This document shows, piece after piece, positions 37,168 to 37,168 of a DNA stretch of 37,168 nt. The first letter of the stretch is position 1; the number at the start of each line of letters is the position of its first letter. Origin of the DNA: Candidatus Moraniibacteriota bacterium (lineage in GTDB: Bacteria; Patescibacteriota; Minisyncoccia; Moranbacterales; DUUL01); the NCBI GenBank assembly GCA_046497225.1, contig JAWOGA010000009.1, forward strand, positions 1-37,168. Direction: 5' to 3'. The notes under the pieces are model-generated. The model saw nothing but the letters and a program-made list of their open reading frames with translations. It was not told the DNA's origin and ran no database searches. A program made the position numbers and the translations under genes.

Positions 37168-37168
37168 A

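Overview
This is a low-GC, densely packed bacterial window. The gene content and style look like a small-genome, CPR/Patescibacteria-type organism, but that placement is inference only. Standard genetic code reading frames are intact, with no sign of stop-codon recoding. All product calls come from motifs read in the supplied translations; no database search was run. About 85% of the window is ordinary housekeeping sequence. On the minus strand: dprA-topA, a GT-C-like membrane protein, priA-def-fmt, a lipoprotein and a rhodanese-like protein. On the plus strand: groEL, a short Rel, a pseudouridine synthase, a beta-helix surface protein plus a DUF2207 protein, a partial dcw cluster (mraZ-rsmH-ftsL-like-ftsI-murF), tRNA-Gln(CUG), an SNF transporter, a mini-MGMT, a SHOCT protein, ftsEX, a PP-loop ATPase, a cupin and an M24 peptidase. 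The only clearly accessory stretch is about 31.6-34.8 kb. It holds a 1.3-kb single-ORF DDE insertion sequence with a candidate 7-bp target duplication and duplicated subterminal repeats. Next comes a promoter / 34-codon hydrophobic ORF / terminator mini-unit. After that is a terminator-insulated two-gene module: a 437-aa protein I cannot assign, plus an unlisted 53-aa Cys-containing ORF. This module is the only place in the window with canonical Shine-Dalgarno sites and it looks GC-richer than its neighbours. It is my best candidate for something undescribed, but its function is unknown. I found no CRISPR array, reverse transcriptase/DGR, recognisable defence system or prophage.
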